From positions 23,116 to 87,115 of the forward strand of contig JBEKPO010000002.1 in assembly GCA_049520675.1 (NCBI GenBank): a DNA stretch of 64,000 nt. Direction: 5' to 3'. Position numbers and translations under genes: made by a program. The stretch is from Terracidiphilus sp. (GTDB lineage: Bacteria > Acidobacteriota > Terriglobia > Terriglobales > Acidobacteriaceae). Shown here piece after piece: positions 29,398-39,185 of this stretch. Every line of letters starts with the position of its first letter. Within the stretch, counting starts at the first letter, position 1. The notes beneath the pieces are model-generated. The model did no database searches and was not told the origin of the DNA. It saw only the letters and a list, made by a program, of their open reading frames with translations.

Positions 29398-31131
29398 TCA
29401 GAAGAGCTTTCCAGTTTGCAGCAGCAAATGCTCCAGGATTGGTCCCAGGCTCAACGCCGGGAAGAACGTGAGCGCGCCGACGATCAAAACCACTCCCACC
29501 AGCAGCACGGTAAAGAGCGGTGTGTTCACAGGAAACGTTCCGGGCGATGGAGGAATGCTCCTCTTCTGCGCCAGGTTGCCGGCCAGGGCCAGCACCGGGA
29601 TCATCATCAGGAAGCGACCGATCAACATGTCCCAACCCATCGCGATGTTGTACCACCAGTTTGGGTTCAAGCCGGCGAACGCGGAGCCGTTGTTCCCTGC
29701 ACCTGAGGTGAATGCGTACAAGATCTCCGACAGCCCGTGCGGGCCGGCGTTGGTAAGAGCCGACAGGCCGGCGTTGGGCAGCAACACAAATACTGCCGCG
29801 AAGGTGAGCACGATGAAGGTGAAGATGAGTGTGTAGAGCATGGCCATCTTGACGTCATAGGCCTCGATTTTCTTGCCCAGATATTCCGGCGTGCGGCCGA
29901 CCATCAGTCCGGCGATAAACACCGCCAGCACGACGAAGATCAACATGCCATACATGCCGGCGCCGACACCGCCAAAAACCACCTCGCCGAGCATGATGTT
30001 GGCCAGCGGCACCATACCGCCGAGCGGGGTAAAGCTGTCGTGCATGCCATTGACCGCTCCGCAACTGGCGTCGGTGGTAATGGTGGCGAAGAGAGCGCTT
30101 TCGGCAATGCCGTTGCGGACTTCTTTGCCCTCCATATTGCCGCCTGGGGCGCTAGCCGTATGCGTCTGCGCGGCGCCATGGATTACCTTGTACGGCTGCG
30201 CTTCGGCCCAGTAACAGACGGCAAAACCAGCCACAAACAGCACGAACATTGCCGCAAACACTGCCCATCCATGTCCCGGCGAGCCCGTCATGCGGCCGAG
30301 CGCGTAGGTAAGGCCCGCAGGAATGATGAAGATGGAGAGAAGCTGCAGGAAGTTCGAAAACGGCGTGGGATTTTCGTAGGGGTGGGCACTGTTGGCGTTG
30401 AAAAAGCCGCCGCCGTTGGTGCCCAGCATCTTGATGGCCTCCTGCGAGGCCACGGGCCCCTGCGCGATGGTCTGAGCTTGCGTCGGCTGCTCCAGGGGAT
30501 GAGCGACCGTGTAGGCGTTCAGATTCTGCGGGACGCCCTGCGCCACCAGCAGCAATGCATAAATGATGCAGGCCGGCGCGAGGATATAGAGCAACGTCCG
30601 GGTCATATCGACCCAGAAATTGCCGATGGTGACCGAGGTGGTTCGCTTGATGCCTCGAATGAGGACCACGGCAACCACGATGCCCACAGCTGCCGACCAG
30701 AAGTTATGCGTGGCCAGCCCCACCATCTGCGTCAAATAGCTCATGGTCGATTCGGGAGTGTAAAACTGCCAGTTGGTGTTGGTGGTGAAGCTGGCCGCGG
30801 TGTTCCAGGCCAGATCGGGCCCCACTGCGGCAAGGTGCTGTGGATTGGCCCAACCCGAGACGAACCCCTGCAGGCGCTCCAAGGCATACGTCAAAACCAT
30901 CGTGACTGCCGAGAATCCCAGCATCGCGAAGGCATATTGGCGCCAGTTCATTTCCTTTTCGAAGTTCACGGCGCAAAGCTTGTAAATGAGACGCTCGAAT
31001 GGACGCAGCACGGGATCGAGCCAGGTCCGCTCGCCTTCGATGACGTGGGCCAGGTAAATGCCCACTGGCCGTACTGTGATGAGCAGAACGACGCAAAAGA
31101 TGGCAAATTGCAGCCAGCCATTGGCGGTCAT
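29398..31131 (-). CDS. kdpA: Potassium-transporting ATPase subunit A
   Basis: NTNWQ, LGTNGGG, SCGAVN, NNGSAF. Confidence 0.97.
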   Translation of the reverse strand: MTANGWLQFAIFCVVLLITVRPVGIYLAHVIEGERTWLDPVLRPFERLIYKLCAVNFEKEMNWRQYAFAMLGFSAVTMVLTYALERLQGFVSGWANPQHLAAVGPDLAWNTAASFTTNTNWQFYTPESTMSYLTQMVGLATHNFWSAAVGIVVAVVLIRGIKRTTSVTIGNFWVDMTRTLLYILAPACIIYALLLVAQGVPQNLNAYTVAHPLEQPTQAQTIAQGPVASQEAIKMLGTNGGGFFNANSAHPYENPTPFSNFLQLLSIFIIPAGLTYALGRMTGSPGHGWAVFAAMFVLFVAGFAVCYWAEAQPYKVIHGAAQTHTASAPGGNMEGKEVRNGIAESALFATITTDASCGAVNGMHDSFTPLGGMVPLANIMLGEVVFGGVGAGMYGMLIFVVLAVFIAGLMVGRTPEYLGKKIEAYDVKMAMLYTLIFTFIVLTFAAVFVLLPNAGLSALTNAGPHGLSEILYAFTSGAGNNGSAFAGLNPNWWYNIAMGWDMLIGRFLMMIPVLALAGNLAQKRSIPPSPGTFPVNTPLFTVLLVGVVLIVGALTFFPALSLGPILEHLLLQTGKLF

Positions 31132-31132
31132 T

Positions 31133-31228
31133 TCAGAATTTCTCCGGGAAGAGTAACGCGATGGTCAGGTAGACCAGCAAAAGAATCGAAAGAACGAGGG
31201 CCGTCGCCGTTATCCAGTCCAAGTACAT
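31133..31228 (-). CDS. kdpF: K+-transporting ATPase subunit F (31 aa; absent from ORF track)
   Basis: MYLDWITATALVLSILLLVYLTIALLFPEKF with the YLxxALLxPEKF motif; GAGGTG RBS. Confidence 0.92.
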   Translation of the reverse strand: MYLDWITATALVLSILLLVYLTIALLFPEKF

Positions 31229-31231
31229 GGC

Positions 31232-31318
31232 TCACCTCAACTTGTGGCAGGCTTTGACGTAGAGAAATGCCACAGCGAAGAAAATCACGGTGAATAGCAG
31301 CATCTGTGCATCTTGCAT
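31232..31318 (-). CDS. Small kdp-associated membrane peptide (28 aa)
   Basis: MQDAQMLLFTVIFFAVAFLYVKACHKLR; AGGGG RBS; ends 3 nt before kdpF. Confidence 0.75.
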   Translation of the reverse strand: MQDAQMLLFTVIFFAVAFLYVKACHKLR

Positions 31319-31490
31319 CCCGAAATCCCCTGGCTTCAGATTGGCCGGTTGCTTCATCCATTCTTCCGGCAGACAGCCAACAAACTGCCACGACTACATC
31401 ATTCCACTGACCTTAAGCGGTCCGTCGGTGAAGGCGGCGGCCGCCGGTTTAGACGCATGCTGATCCGAATCCAATTGTGTCGTGCAGCGG

Positions 31491-31530
31491 ATTTAAGTAT
31501 CGAAAAGAAGTTCTAAATAAACCGTAAGTA
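31491..31530 (-). promoter_or_regulatory. Putative KdpE binding site
   Basis: AT-rich CTTACGGTTTATTTAGAA with TTA repeats 11 bp apart, upstream of the kdp operon. Confidence 0.45.
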
Positions 31531-31610
31531 TTGCTCTTCAACGCCCGGAAGTGCTGACGAGTCAACGGGGAATCGCCGAAATCGGACCGCATTGCGGGAC
31601 CGAGGGTGAT

Positions 31611-32306
31611 TCAGCGCTCGTTGCCGGTCCAGCCTTCGGGAATGAACCGATAACCAACCCATGGCTCGGTTTGAATGTATTGTCGGCCGGTTTCCGTTTC
31701 AAGCTTCTTCCTGAGCTGGCCCACGAAGACTCGCAGATACTCGGGCTGGTGGGCCGACTGGGCGCCCCATACCGCGGTCAGCAGCGCGCGATGGGTCATT
31801 ACCTTCCCGGCGTTCCGAGCGAGGTGAAGCAGCAGATCGAATTCCTTGGGCGTTAGGTGGATCGGCTTGCCCTGAAGAGTGATGCTATGAGCCTGGACGT
31901 CGATGACAAAGTCGCCGGATTCGATGGCCGTGGTGGTACGCTCAGGGGCGCGTCGCAAGTGTGCGCGCACGCGAGCCAACAGCTCCTGGATGCTAAACGG
32001 CTTGGTGACGTAGTCGTCGGCGCCGGCATCCAGCGCTTCGACCTTAGAGCGCTCGTGCTCGCGGACAGAAAGAACCAGAACCGGCGTCGCCGAGCGAGAG
32101 CGGATAGTGCGGCAGACCTCCACGCCGCTTTTGCCCGGCATCATCAGGTCGGTAATCACTAGGTCGGGAGGCCAATCGCGGAAGAGCCGCAAGCCCTCAT
32201 CGGAATCGTTCGCTGTCCGCACGTCGTAACCTTGCGCAGAGAGCGCGGCGCGCAAAACGCGCGTGATCTGCGACTCGTCGTCAATCACCAGAATTCTGCC
32301 GGACAT
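31611..32306 (-). CDS. kdpE: OmpR-family response regulator KdpE
   Basis: Receiver + wHTH; YLRVFVGQLRKKLE, TEPWVGYRF. Confidence 0.9.
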   Translation of the reverse strand: MSGRILVIDDESQITRVLRAALSAQGYDVRTANDSDEGLRLFRDWPPDLVITDLMMPGKSGVEVCRTIRSRSATPVLVLSVREHERSKVEALDAGADDYVTKPFSIQELLARVRAHLRRAPERTTTAIESGDFVIDVQAHSITLQGKPIHLTPKEFDLLLHLARNAGKVMTHRALLTAVWGAQSAHQPEYLRVFVGQLRKKLETETGRQYIQTEPWVGYRFIPEGWTGNER

Positions 32307-32374
32307 TTTTGTTCTTCTTTCCTTCGGAAGATTACAACATTCCGCTAGGTGGGTATGATTCGAAGGAGAGCAAG

Positions 32375-33853
32375 ATGAACTTCCGCGTTGCTTGGCGACA
32401 GACGCTGCGCTGGCTCGCTGCCACGGCGGGCGCCGCGCTGACCACGATTCTGCTGGTATGGCTCGGCGCCAACTCGACCACTGCGGCAATGGTCTTCCTG
32501 GTGCTCGTGGTGTGGTGCGCCACGCAGGCCGGCGCTGTGCTCTCGATCTATATCGCCGCCCTGGGCGCCGTCTGCTTCGACTACTTTTTCCTTCCTCCAA
32601 TCCACACCTTGCGGCTGGCCGGGGCGCAGGCCTGGGTGGCCATGTTCGCCTTCATTGCCAGCTGCCTGGTGGTAAGCCGGCTTTCAGAACGTGCGCGTCA
32701 ACAGGCCATCCAAGTCGAACAGCGGCAGGCCGACGTGGGCCGTCTTTATGCCCTGAGCCAGGAGATGATGCTTTTCGAGGACGCCGAGAAGCTGATGCAC
32801 GACCTTCCGGGCCTGATCGATCGCATCTTCGGCCTCGACGGAGTGGTGCTTTACGTTTGCGAAGCGGACAGGTACTACTCTTCGAGGGGTGAGCTGCCCC
32901 TGGCATTGCATGCGCACATGCACGCCATTACCGAGGGACTCAGCCCCACGCTGGCACCGCTAGCCGGCTACCACGCCACGGCGCTGACGTTGGGATTGCG
33001 GCCGGTCGGTGCGCTGGCATGGCGGCCTGAGACACTTTCCGTCGAGGTTGCGGCAGCCGTCAGCGCGCAGGTGTCGATCGCGCTCGCTCGTTCCCTGGCT
33101 CTCGAAAATACCGCGCGCATCGAAGCTTCGCGCGAGGGAGAGCGGCTGCGTACCGCGCTGATCGATTCGTTGACCCACGAGTTGCGCACTCCCCTGACGT
33201 CGATCCGCGCCGCGGCAACCACGCTGCTTGAGGCGGAGGGCCTGGACGAGGCCGCGCGCGAGGATATGGTGCGGTTGATCGACGAGGAATCGGCGCGGCT
33301 GGACATGCTGGTGGGCGAATCCGTGGAGATGGCGGAGATCGACGCCAATGTCGTGCAGGTGAAGATGTCTCCCCAGCATCCGCGCGCGCTGCTGGAGCAG
33401 GCGGTTGAGGAGTCGCGAAGGATTCTCGCCCATCATAAGGTGAGCATCGCAGCGGAAGGCGAGGACAAGCCGGGCGGGGAAGAAACTGCCTGGTTCGATC
33501 CGCACCTGCTGGGCCGGGTTCTGCGGCACTTGCTCGAAAACGTTGCCGCCCACACGCCGCCAGGCAGCCGCGTGACGCTGGCTAGTAAGCGCGTCGAGGA
33601 CCGGCTCGAGTTTCGCGCGGAAGACAACGGCCCTGGCATCGAAGCCCGTGATCTTCCGCTGATCTTCGAAAAGTTCTATCGCGGCAAGCGTCGCTTGGGC
33701 GGGCGAAAAGGGTCGGGCATGGGCCTGGCCATCACGCGCGCCATCTTGAAAGCGCATAGTGGAGGAATCGAAGCGTCGAATGTCCCCGGCGGCGGCGCGC
33801 GCTTCCGCTTCTGGGTGCCGCTGATCGAGAAGGAGCCGAGCCGGGATCGGTAG
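32375..33853 (+). CDS. kdpD: KdpD-like sensor histidine kinase (DUF4118-GAF-HisKA-HATPase; no N-terminal KdpD/Usp domains)
   Basis: FDYFFLPP, HELRTPLTSI, DNGPG, GSGMGL; AAGGAG RBS before ATG 32375. Confidence 0.8.
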   Translation: MNFRVAWRQTLRWLAATAGAALTTILLVWLGANSTTAAMVFLVLVVWCATQAGAVLSIYIAALGAVCFDYFFLPPIHTLRLAGAQAWVAMFAFIASCLVVSRLSERARQQAIQVEQRQADVGRLYALSQEMMLFEDAEKLMHDLPGLIDRIFGLDGVVLYVCEADRYYSSRGELPLALHAHMHAITEGLSPTLAPLAGYHATALTLGLRPVGALAWRPETLSVEVAAAVSAQVSIALARSLALENTARIEASREGERLRTALIDSLTHELRTPLTSIRAAATTLLEAEGLDEAAREDMVRLIDEESARLDMLVGESVEMAEIDANVVQVKMSPQHPRALLEQAVEESRRILAHHKVSIAAEGEDKPGGEETAWFDPHLLGRVLRHLLENVAAHTPPGSRVTLASKRVEDRLEFRAEDNGPGIEARDLPLIFEKFYRGKRRLGGRKGSGMGLAITRAILKAHSGGIEASNVPGGGARFRFWVPLIEKEPSRDR

Positions 33854-33880
33854 GCGGGCTCCGAAGCCGAGGTGCTGAGG

Positions 33881-34939
33881 CTACGAGAGTTCCTCGCTCC
33901 AGTCGCAGGGAATCTCGCGGCGCTCATCGCTGCTCCGTTGCGCCCACTCCAGCAGCCGCGCCACGCGCCAGCCGTCGAGTCCGGTGACAGGCGCCGGCGA
34001 CTTTCCCAGCAGAGCATCGCGAACGCCGGCGTAGAAGACACGGTAGTCGCCAGGGATAGCGAGAACTGGAAGGCTTACGGAGCCGCCATCAATGCCGACA
34101 TGCAGGACACCGCAGTCTTCGGCCGGCTCCCGGCCCCAATTGGGATCGTCGATACGAGTGACTTTGTTGAGCGCAGCCTCCTGCGGGTCCACGCCTTTCT
34201 TCACGTACCCGCCGCGTGTCCCGCGCAGGCGATAGCGCGGCCCGGCCTTAAGCGAGAGAAGATTGGAGGCAACAGTGACATTCAGATTCGAGTAGCGCAA
34301 GCGAATGATGAACGAGTCGTTGGGTCCTGCTCCATCTCTTTCGCGCAGCGCTTCGGCGCTCACCGCCTCTGGCATGCCGAAAAGCACCAGCGCCTGATCG
34401 ACGAGGTGCGGCCCCAGGTCCTGCAGCATGCCGCCGGAATCAACGTCTTCTTTCCACAGCCGCTCCGTCAGCGGAGCCGGTCGCCAGCGGTCAAAGCGGG
34501 ATTCGAGGGCCACCAGGCGGCCGAGCGCGCCTTCATGCAACAGTTTCTGAACCGTCAGGAAGTCACTGTCCCATCGGCGATTATGAAATGGAACGAGGAG
34601 CACGTTGTGTTTCTTCGCCAAGCCGATCAGTTCGATGGATTCGGCAGATGTGACGGTCATTGGCTTGTCGACGACGACGTTCTTACCTGCGCTCAGGATC
34701 TCTTTGGCGAGCGCGTAATGCGTATTGTTCGGTGTGGCGACAACCAACAGCCCGAGCGATTTGTCGGCCAGAATGGCTTCGAGCGAACGGTACACCGTGA
34801 TGCCGGGATAGCGTTCGGTGGCCTTGTCGGTGCTGCGCTCCATCACCGCAGCCAGCTCCAGCCCGTCGACGGACGAGATGAGGGGCGCGTGAAAGACGCG
34901 GCCAGCCATGCCGAAACCGATCAGCCCTACGCGAATCAC
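33881..34939 (-). CDS. Gfo/Idh/MocA oxidoreductase (YdgJ/IolW-like)
   Basis: IGFGMAGRVFHAP, VVDKP, FHNRRWDSDF, DLGPHLVDQA. Confidence 0.88.
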   Translation of the reverse strand: MIRVGLIGFGMAGRVFHAPLISSVDGLELAAVMERSTDKATERYPGITVYRSLEAILADKSLGLLVVATPNNTHYALAKEILSAGKNVVVDKPMTVTSAESIELIGLAKKHNVLLVPFHNRRWDSDFLTVQKLLHEGALGRLVALESRFDRWRPAPLTERLWKEDVDSGGMLQDLGPHLVDQALVLFGMPEAVSAEALRERDGAGPNDSFIIRLRYSNLNVTVASNLLSLKAGPRYRLRGTRGGYVKKGVDPQEAALNKVTRIDDPNWGREPAEDCGVLHVGIDGGSVSLPVLAIPGDYRVFYAGVRDALLGKSPAPVTGLDGWRVARLLEWAQRSSDERREIPCDWSEELS

Positions 34940-34967
34940 AGAATCTCTCCTTGGTGATCGAGAGAGG

Positions 34968-35447
34968 TTACGAGAATTGTAATGAGGGGGGCCGCAGGGA
35001 CACTCGGGCCGACTTGGGATCGAACCGGCCCGCAAAATCAGCCGGTGCGACAATGCGAATTCCGTGCCAGGTTTTGCGCGTGAGCAAGTCGCGATCGACA
35101 CTGACGACTACGTCTGCCTCGGCGGCGCGGGCTAGTGCGAGGACAACGATGTTCTTCCGGTCGCGGCAAGCCCGCCGGACTTTGTCGATATCCGACGCAG
35201 ATACCTGGCAGATCCACGCGTTGCGGCGGAACATCTCGAAAAACGCCGCTCTCGCGCGCCTGCTCATATAACGATCGAGGCGGCTTTTGCCCAGGCAACT
35301 GCGAAGCTGCTCCAATGAAGCGTCGCAGGCGCAAACCACCCCCTCGCGAAGGGCAAGCGAGAGAGCGCGCTCTGCATCGGAGGTGGGCCGAATAGCAGCG
35401 CCAATCAACGTGCCGGTATCGAAGACGACTCGCAGGCCGCAATTCAT
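34968..35447 (-). CDS. PIN-domain toxin (possibly catalytically degenerate)
   Basis: RVVFDTG, CRDRKN, VVSVDRDLL; ATGA coupling to the antitoxin. Confidence 0.8.
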   Translation of the reverse strand: MNCGLRVVFDTGTLIGAAIRPTSDAERALSLALREGVVCACDASLEQLRSCLGKSRLDRYMSRRARAAFFEMFRRNAWICQVSASDIDKVRRACRDRKNIVVLALARAAEADVVVSVDRDLLTRKTWHGIRIVAPADFAGRFDPKSARVSLRPPSLQFS

Positions 35448-35719
35448 TTCCAAATGCGCACCATGCGGCCAATCTGGTCATCGGTGAGCGAGACCGATGC
35501 GCGGCGAATGGATTTCATCGCCTGACGTCGCCATGCCGCGAATTCGCGAGCCGCTTGCTTGCGCCTGCGGCGGAGCTCAACGAGATCGGCCATGTCGCGG
35601 GCGGAAACGACGAGCGCGGCCGGCCGGCCGTGACGGGTGATTACGACTGGCTCGCGCTGGGCGGTTTCGAGCAATTGGCCGAAGTTATTCTGCGCTTCGG
35701 CGGAGGTGATCGTCGGCAT
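35444..35719 (-). CDS. Phd/YefM family antitoxin
   Basis: SAEAQNNFGQLL, EPVVITRHGRP. Confidence 0.9.
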   Translation of the reverse strand: MPTITSAEAQNNFGQLLETAQREPVVITRHGRPAALVVSARDMADLVELRRRRKQAAREFAAWRRQAMKSIRRASVSLTDDQIGRMVRIWK

Positions 35720-35762
35720 GATGCCGTCTCTCCTTTCAATCGTTCATGGTTATGTTTCATTC

Positions 35763-35807
35763 TAGCTATTTTCAGTATTATATCTAATTCATATATTTTA
35801 GCTAAAT
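35763..35807 (-). promoter_or_regulatory. TA promoter with 9-bp periodic operator repeats
   Basis: TTAGCT-N17-TATAAT on the minus strand; five 9-bp units (TAGCTATTT ... TAGCTAAAT). Confidence 0.6.
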
Positions 35808-35891
35808 TATTGTTTTGAAACCTTCAGTCGACGATCTCGCCTGCCCGAAAATCGGCGCGGGAGAGCAGATTCCAAAAAGTGAGGGTAGCAG

Positions 35892-37637
35892 TCAGCCTTC
35901 GAGCTTGAATCGCGTCTCGGCCAGCCGGTAGAGTTTTCGCCAGACCAGACGGTTCATCGTAACCACCATGAGGGAGATAAAAATTGTGGCCAGCAGCAGC
36001 ATGGGAAAGCGGCCGCTGTCGGTGGCCGCATCAATTTGCGCGCCCAGGCCGATCGTCGAAAGCGTGCGATCCTTGACGTGGGAGTACTCTGCCATGACGG
36101 AGGCGTTCCAGGCCCCCCCAGAGGCCGTAACCATGCCCGTGATGAGGTAGGGAAAGATACCCGGCAGGATCAGCTTCGTCCAGCGCTGCCAGCGCGTGAA
36201 GTGGTAGAGCGAGGCAACCTCGCGCAGATCGCTGGGAATCGACATGGCGCCGGCGATCACGTTAAAGAGGATGTACCATTGCGTGCCGAGCAGCATGAGG
36301 GCGATGGATCCAATGCCCAGCCCTCCGCCGATTCTCACCAGGGCCATGAGCAGAACGGGGAAGAACGCCGTCGCCGGAACCGAGGCCAATATTTGCGCCA
36401 CTGGCTGAATGACGCGCGCGAGCTTTGGGTTGAGGCCGATGGCGACGCCGACGGGAATCGTCCACGCGGCGGAAAGAACCAGCGAGGCATTGACGCGCAG
36501 AAACGTAGCCCCAGCGCCTTCGAGCAGCAAGCGCAAGTCAGCCAACGTCACAGTTCTCAGCATCATCACGGCTTGCACCGCGGCCCAGCAAACTGCAGCA
36601 AACAGCGCCGTGATCAGCGCCCACAGCGCCGGGTTTACTTTGCCGCCAGACCGCGTTTCGTCTAGCGGCCTGACCACGCGGCAATCCTTGGTGGCTGCCA
36701 GGCGGCGATAGATCGGCTCTTCCACGCGATTGCGAATGCGGTCGGGAATGCTTTGAAGAAGCCTGGAGCGTCGGATCAGCTCAAGGATGGGAGAAGTGAC
36801 CCGGTCGGCTGACTCGACCTGCTCGAATTTGAATTTGTCGCTCCAGGCGATAAGTGGGCGCCATAGCAGCTGGTCAGTGGCCACCACAATAAGGATCACG
36901 GTAACGATGCCCGCCACAAGCGCACGCACGTTGCCGTTGTAGGTGGCAGTTTGGATGTAGCTCCCCAGGCCCCGTAACTGGAAATTGTGGTCGCCCATGG
37001 TAAAGGTTTCGCAAAAGATCAGTGCGAACCAGCCGCCGGCAACCGAGACGATCGAGTTCCAGATGAGGCCGATGGTTGAATACGGCATCTCGAGCTGCCA
37101 GAAGCGCTGCCAGCTTGAGTAGCGATAGATGCGCGAAGCTTCAACCATCTCTCGCGGAATTGATTTGAGCGAAGAGTAGAAGCTGAAGGCCAGGTTCCAC
37201 ACCTGTCCGGTGAAGATGAGCAGAATTACGGCCAACTCGATGCCCAATTGATGGCCGGGCACCAATGCAACCATGGCAAGAACTACCGGAGGCAGGAAGC
37301 TGAGGACCGGAATCGACTGCAGAATGTCGAGGACGCCGACCATCCATGGCTCGAAGCGGGGATTGTAGGCGGCGATGTAGCCATAGGTGATGGCAAATGC
37401 CAGGCTCAGAAAATAAGCGATGGCCATGCGCACGATGGAGTAGAAGGCGTAGAGCGGAAGGGCGCTGATGGAGTTCGATATCTGTACCACCGGGATTGGT
37501 TTCTGGAACCAATAGACGCCGGTGCTGACGATGGCAAAGAAAATGGCCAGGGCACAGGCGGCGACGCCCAGATCGATGAAGAATGGCCAGGTGCGAACGG
37601 AGACGAGGGATCGCGCGAGAGGATGCGGAAGGTTCAC
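35892..37637 (-). CDS. NitT/TauT family ABC transporter permease (duplicated TMD)
   Basis: Two BPD_transp_1 halves (SIPREMVEA; SIPSDLREVA). Confidence 0.88.
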   Translation of the reverse strand: MNLPHPLARSLVSVRTWPFFIDLGVAACALAIFFAIVSTGVYWFQKPIPVVQISNSISALPLYAFYSIVRMAIAYFLSLAFAITYGYIAAYNPRFEPWMVGVLDILQSIPVLSFLPPVVLAMVALVPGHQLGIELAVILLIFTGQVWNLAFSFYSSLKSIPREMVEASRIYRYSSWQRFWQLEMPYSTIGLIWNSIVSVAGGWFALIFCETFTMGDHNFQLRGLGSYIQTATYNGNVRALVAGIVTVILIVVATDQLLWRPLIAWSDKFKFEQVESADRVTSPILELIRRSRLLQSIPDRIRNRVEEPIYRRLAATKDCRVVRPLDETRSGGKVNPALWALITALFAAVCWAAVQAVMMLRTVTLADLRLLLEGAGATFLRVNASLVLSAAWTIPVGVAIGLNPKLARVIQPVAQILASVPATAFFPVLLMALVRIGGGLGIGSIALMLLGTQWYILFNVIAGAMSIPSDLREVASLYHFTRWQRWTKLILPGIFPYLITGMVTASGGAWNASVMAEYSHVKDRTLSTIGLGAQIDAATDSGRFPMLLLATIFISLMVVTMNRLVWRKLYRLAETRFKLEG

Positions 37638-39025
37638 TTGTTGCCCTCGTTGACCACGGTCTCTTCTTCAAGCGCATCAGGCAGCACAAAACGGCGGCGC
37701 GCGGCGTCGAAATCGAACAACTCAGCGTACCGGCCCCAGGTGATCGCGGTTTCCAACTGGTGCAGGCTCTCCTCCTCGCTAAACTGCTCGTCGAGCATGT
37801 CGAGGAAGAACTCCTCGGGAACGGTGTGATCGCTCTTGGCGTCGAGAGCGCGGCGAATCTGGCGCAGCAGCAGCACATTCTGAACAGCCGCGTTGCGAAA
37901 GACCTCTTTCTGGCGGAGGATTTCGGAGTTGGCAAACTCCGCCCCGCTCGGCGTGATAGAGGCGTCGCCCTCCTCGACGGTGAGAAAGCCGAGGAGCTGC
38001 GCGGCGTCGACAATGGGCAGAAGATCGTCGATTTCGAAGACCAGATCGTCGGCGAGGCGGTAAATGTCGTCGCGGCCTCCCTTGTCGAGCAAGAGCTCGA
38101 GCAGGCCGGCCATGCCGCCGGGACGCGCATGCGGCAGCATCTGGTATTTCATTTGGCGCTGGTCGCGAACCCGAGCGCTGGGGTGCTGGTGATCGGGAGC
38201 GTCAGTGGGAGCCACATCGGGACGCGTGAGGACCTTGTAGATGTAGTCGACCAACTCTGTAAAGCCTTCGGACTTTCGATCGCGCGGCTGAGGAAGGTTG
38301 ACCTTGAAGTTGGTGCGAATGTGTCCAGGGTTGCGGCCCAGCACGATAATGCGGTCGGCCAGCAACACGGCTTCTTCGATGTTGTGCGTAACGATGAAGA
38401 CGGCGCGAGTGGGCATGGTCTTTCTTTCCCACAGTTCCAAGAGTTCGCTGCGCAGGTTCTCCGCGGTGAGCACGTCGAGCGCCGAGAAAGGCTCGTCCAT
38501 GAAGAGCACCTCCGGCTCGACCACCAGGGCTCGCGCAAAGCCCACTCTCTGGCGCATGCCGCCGGAGAGCTCCTTGGGATAGGCAGCTTCGAAACCGTCG
38601 AGGCCCACCATGTCGACCATCTTCATGCTTCGCTCACGGCGCTGGTCAGGTGCCACACCTCGCGCCTGCAGCGGCGCTTCAACGTTCTCCAGCACAGTGA
38701 GCCAGGGGAAAAGCGCGAAGCTCTGAAAGACGATGGAAACGTTCACTTCGGCTTCGGCGATTGGCTTGCCATGCCAGTAGACCTGTCCGGCAGAAGGTGT
38801 GGAGAGGCCGGTCAACATGCGCAAAATGGTCGATTTGCCCGAGCCCGACGGGCCAAGTAGCGCAAGGATCTCCCCGGGCACGATGTCGAGGTCGGTTGCC
38901 GAGATCACCTGAATGCGATTCTGGCTCGGTTGCGCATAGTATTTCTCAATTTTTTCGGCGTGAATGATCGCGTCCATAGTGGATGGCGCGTCAAGAGCCG
39001 GGCCCAGGTCGGCCGTTTCCTGCAT
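37634..39025 (-). CDS. NitT/TauT ABC ATP-binding protein with C-terminal AAA-associated domain
   Basis: GPSGSGKS, LSGGMRQR, MDEPF, WGRYAELF. Confidence 0.9.
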   Translation of the reverse strand: MQETADLGPALDAPSTMDAIIHAEKIEKYYAQPSQNRIQVISATDLDIVPGEILALLGPSGSGKSTILRMLTGLSTPSAGQVYWHGKPIAEAEVNVSIVFQSFALFPWLTVLENVEAPLQARGVAPDQRRERSMKMVDMVGLDGFEAAYPKELSGGMRQRVGFARALVVEPEVLFMDEPFSALDVLTAENLRSELLELWERKTMPTRAVFIVTHNIEEAVLLADRIIVLGRNPGHIRTNFKVNLPQPRDRKSEGFTELVDYIYKVLTRPDVAPTDAPDHQHPSARVRDQRQMKYQMLPHARPGGMAGLLELLLDKGGRDDIYRLADDLVFEIDDLLPIVDAAQLLGFLTVEEGDASITPSGAEFANSEILRQKEVFRNAAVQNVLLLRQIRRALDAKSDHTVPEEFFLDMLDEQFSEEESLHQLETAITWGRYAELFDFDAARRRFVLPDALEEETVVNEGNK

Positions 39026-39185
39026 TTCATTACTCCAAATCGGTTGGGATTGGCGTGGCTTCAGCCGGGCTCTGCCAGTATACGGTCGAGGAGCAAATAT
39101 GAGATGAATCCGCGCCGTTTGGTAGTGGGTCAATTTGAATCCACAGGCGCTTGCGTCGGCATGACCGCTCAAGCATCATAGGAGC

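Noticed and set aside
29737-31257. 506-aa plus-strand ORF and similar long antisense ORFs (e.g. 37583-38860, 60629-62098, 41542-42729, 47973-49049)
   Set aside because: Shadow frames of well-supported genes in high-GC DNA, with no motifs
31128-31391. 87-aa minus-strand ORF upstream of kdpA
   Set aside because: Wrong frame; the region is explained by kdpF and the 28-aa peptide
39026-39172. N-terminal extension of the ABC ATPase ORF
   Set aside because: Runs into the IS left end; ATG 39025 has a GGAG RBS
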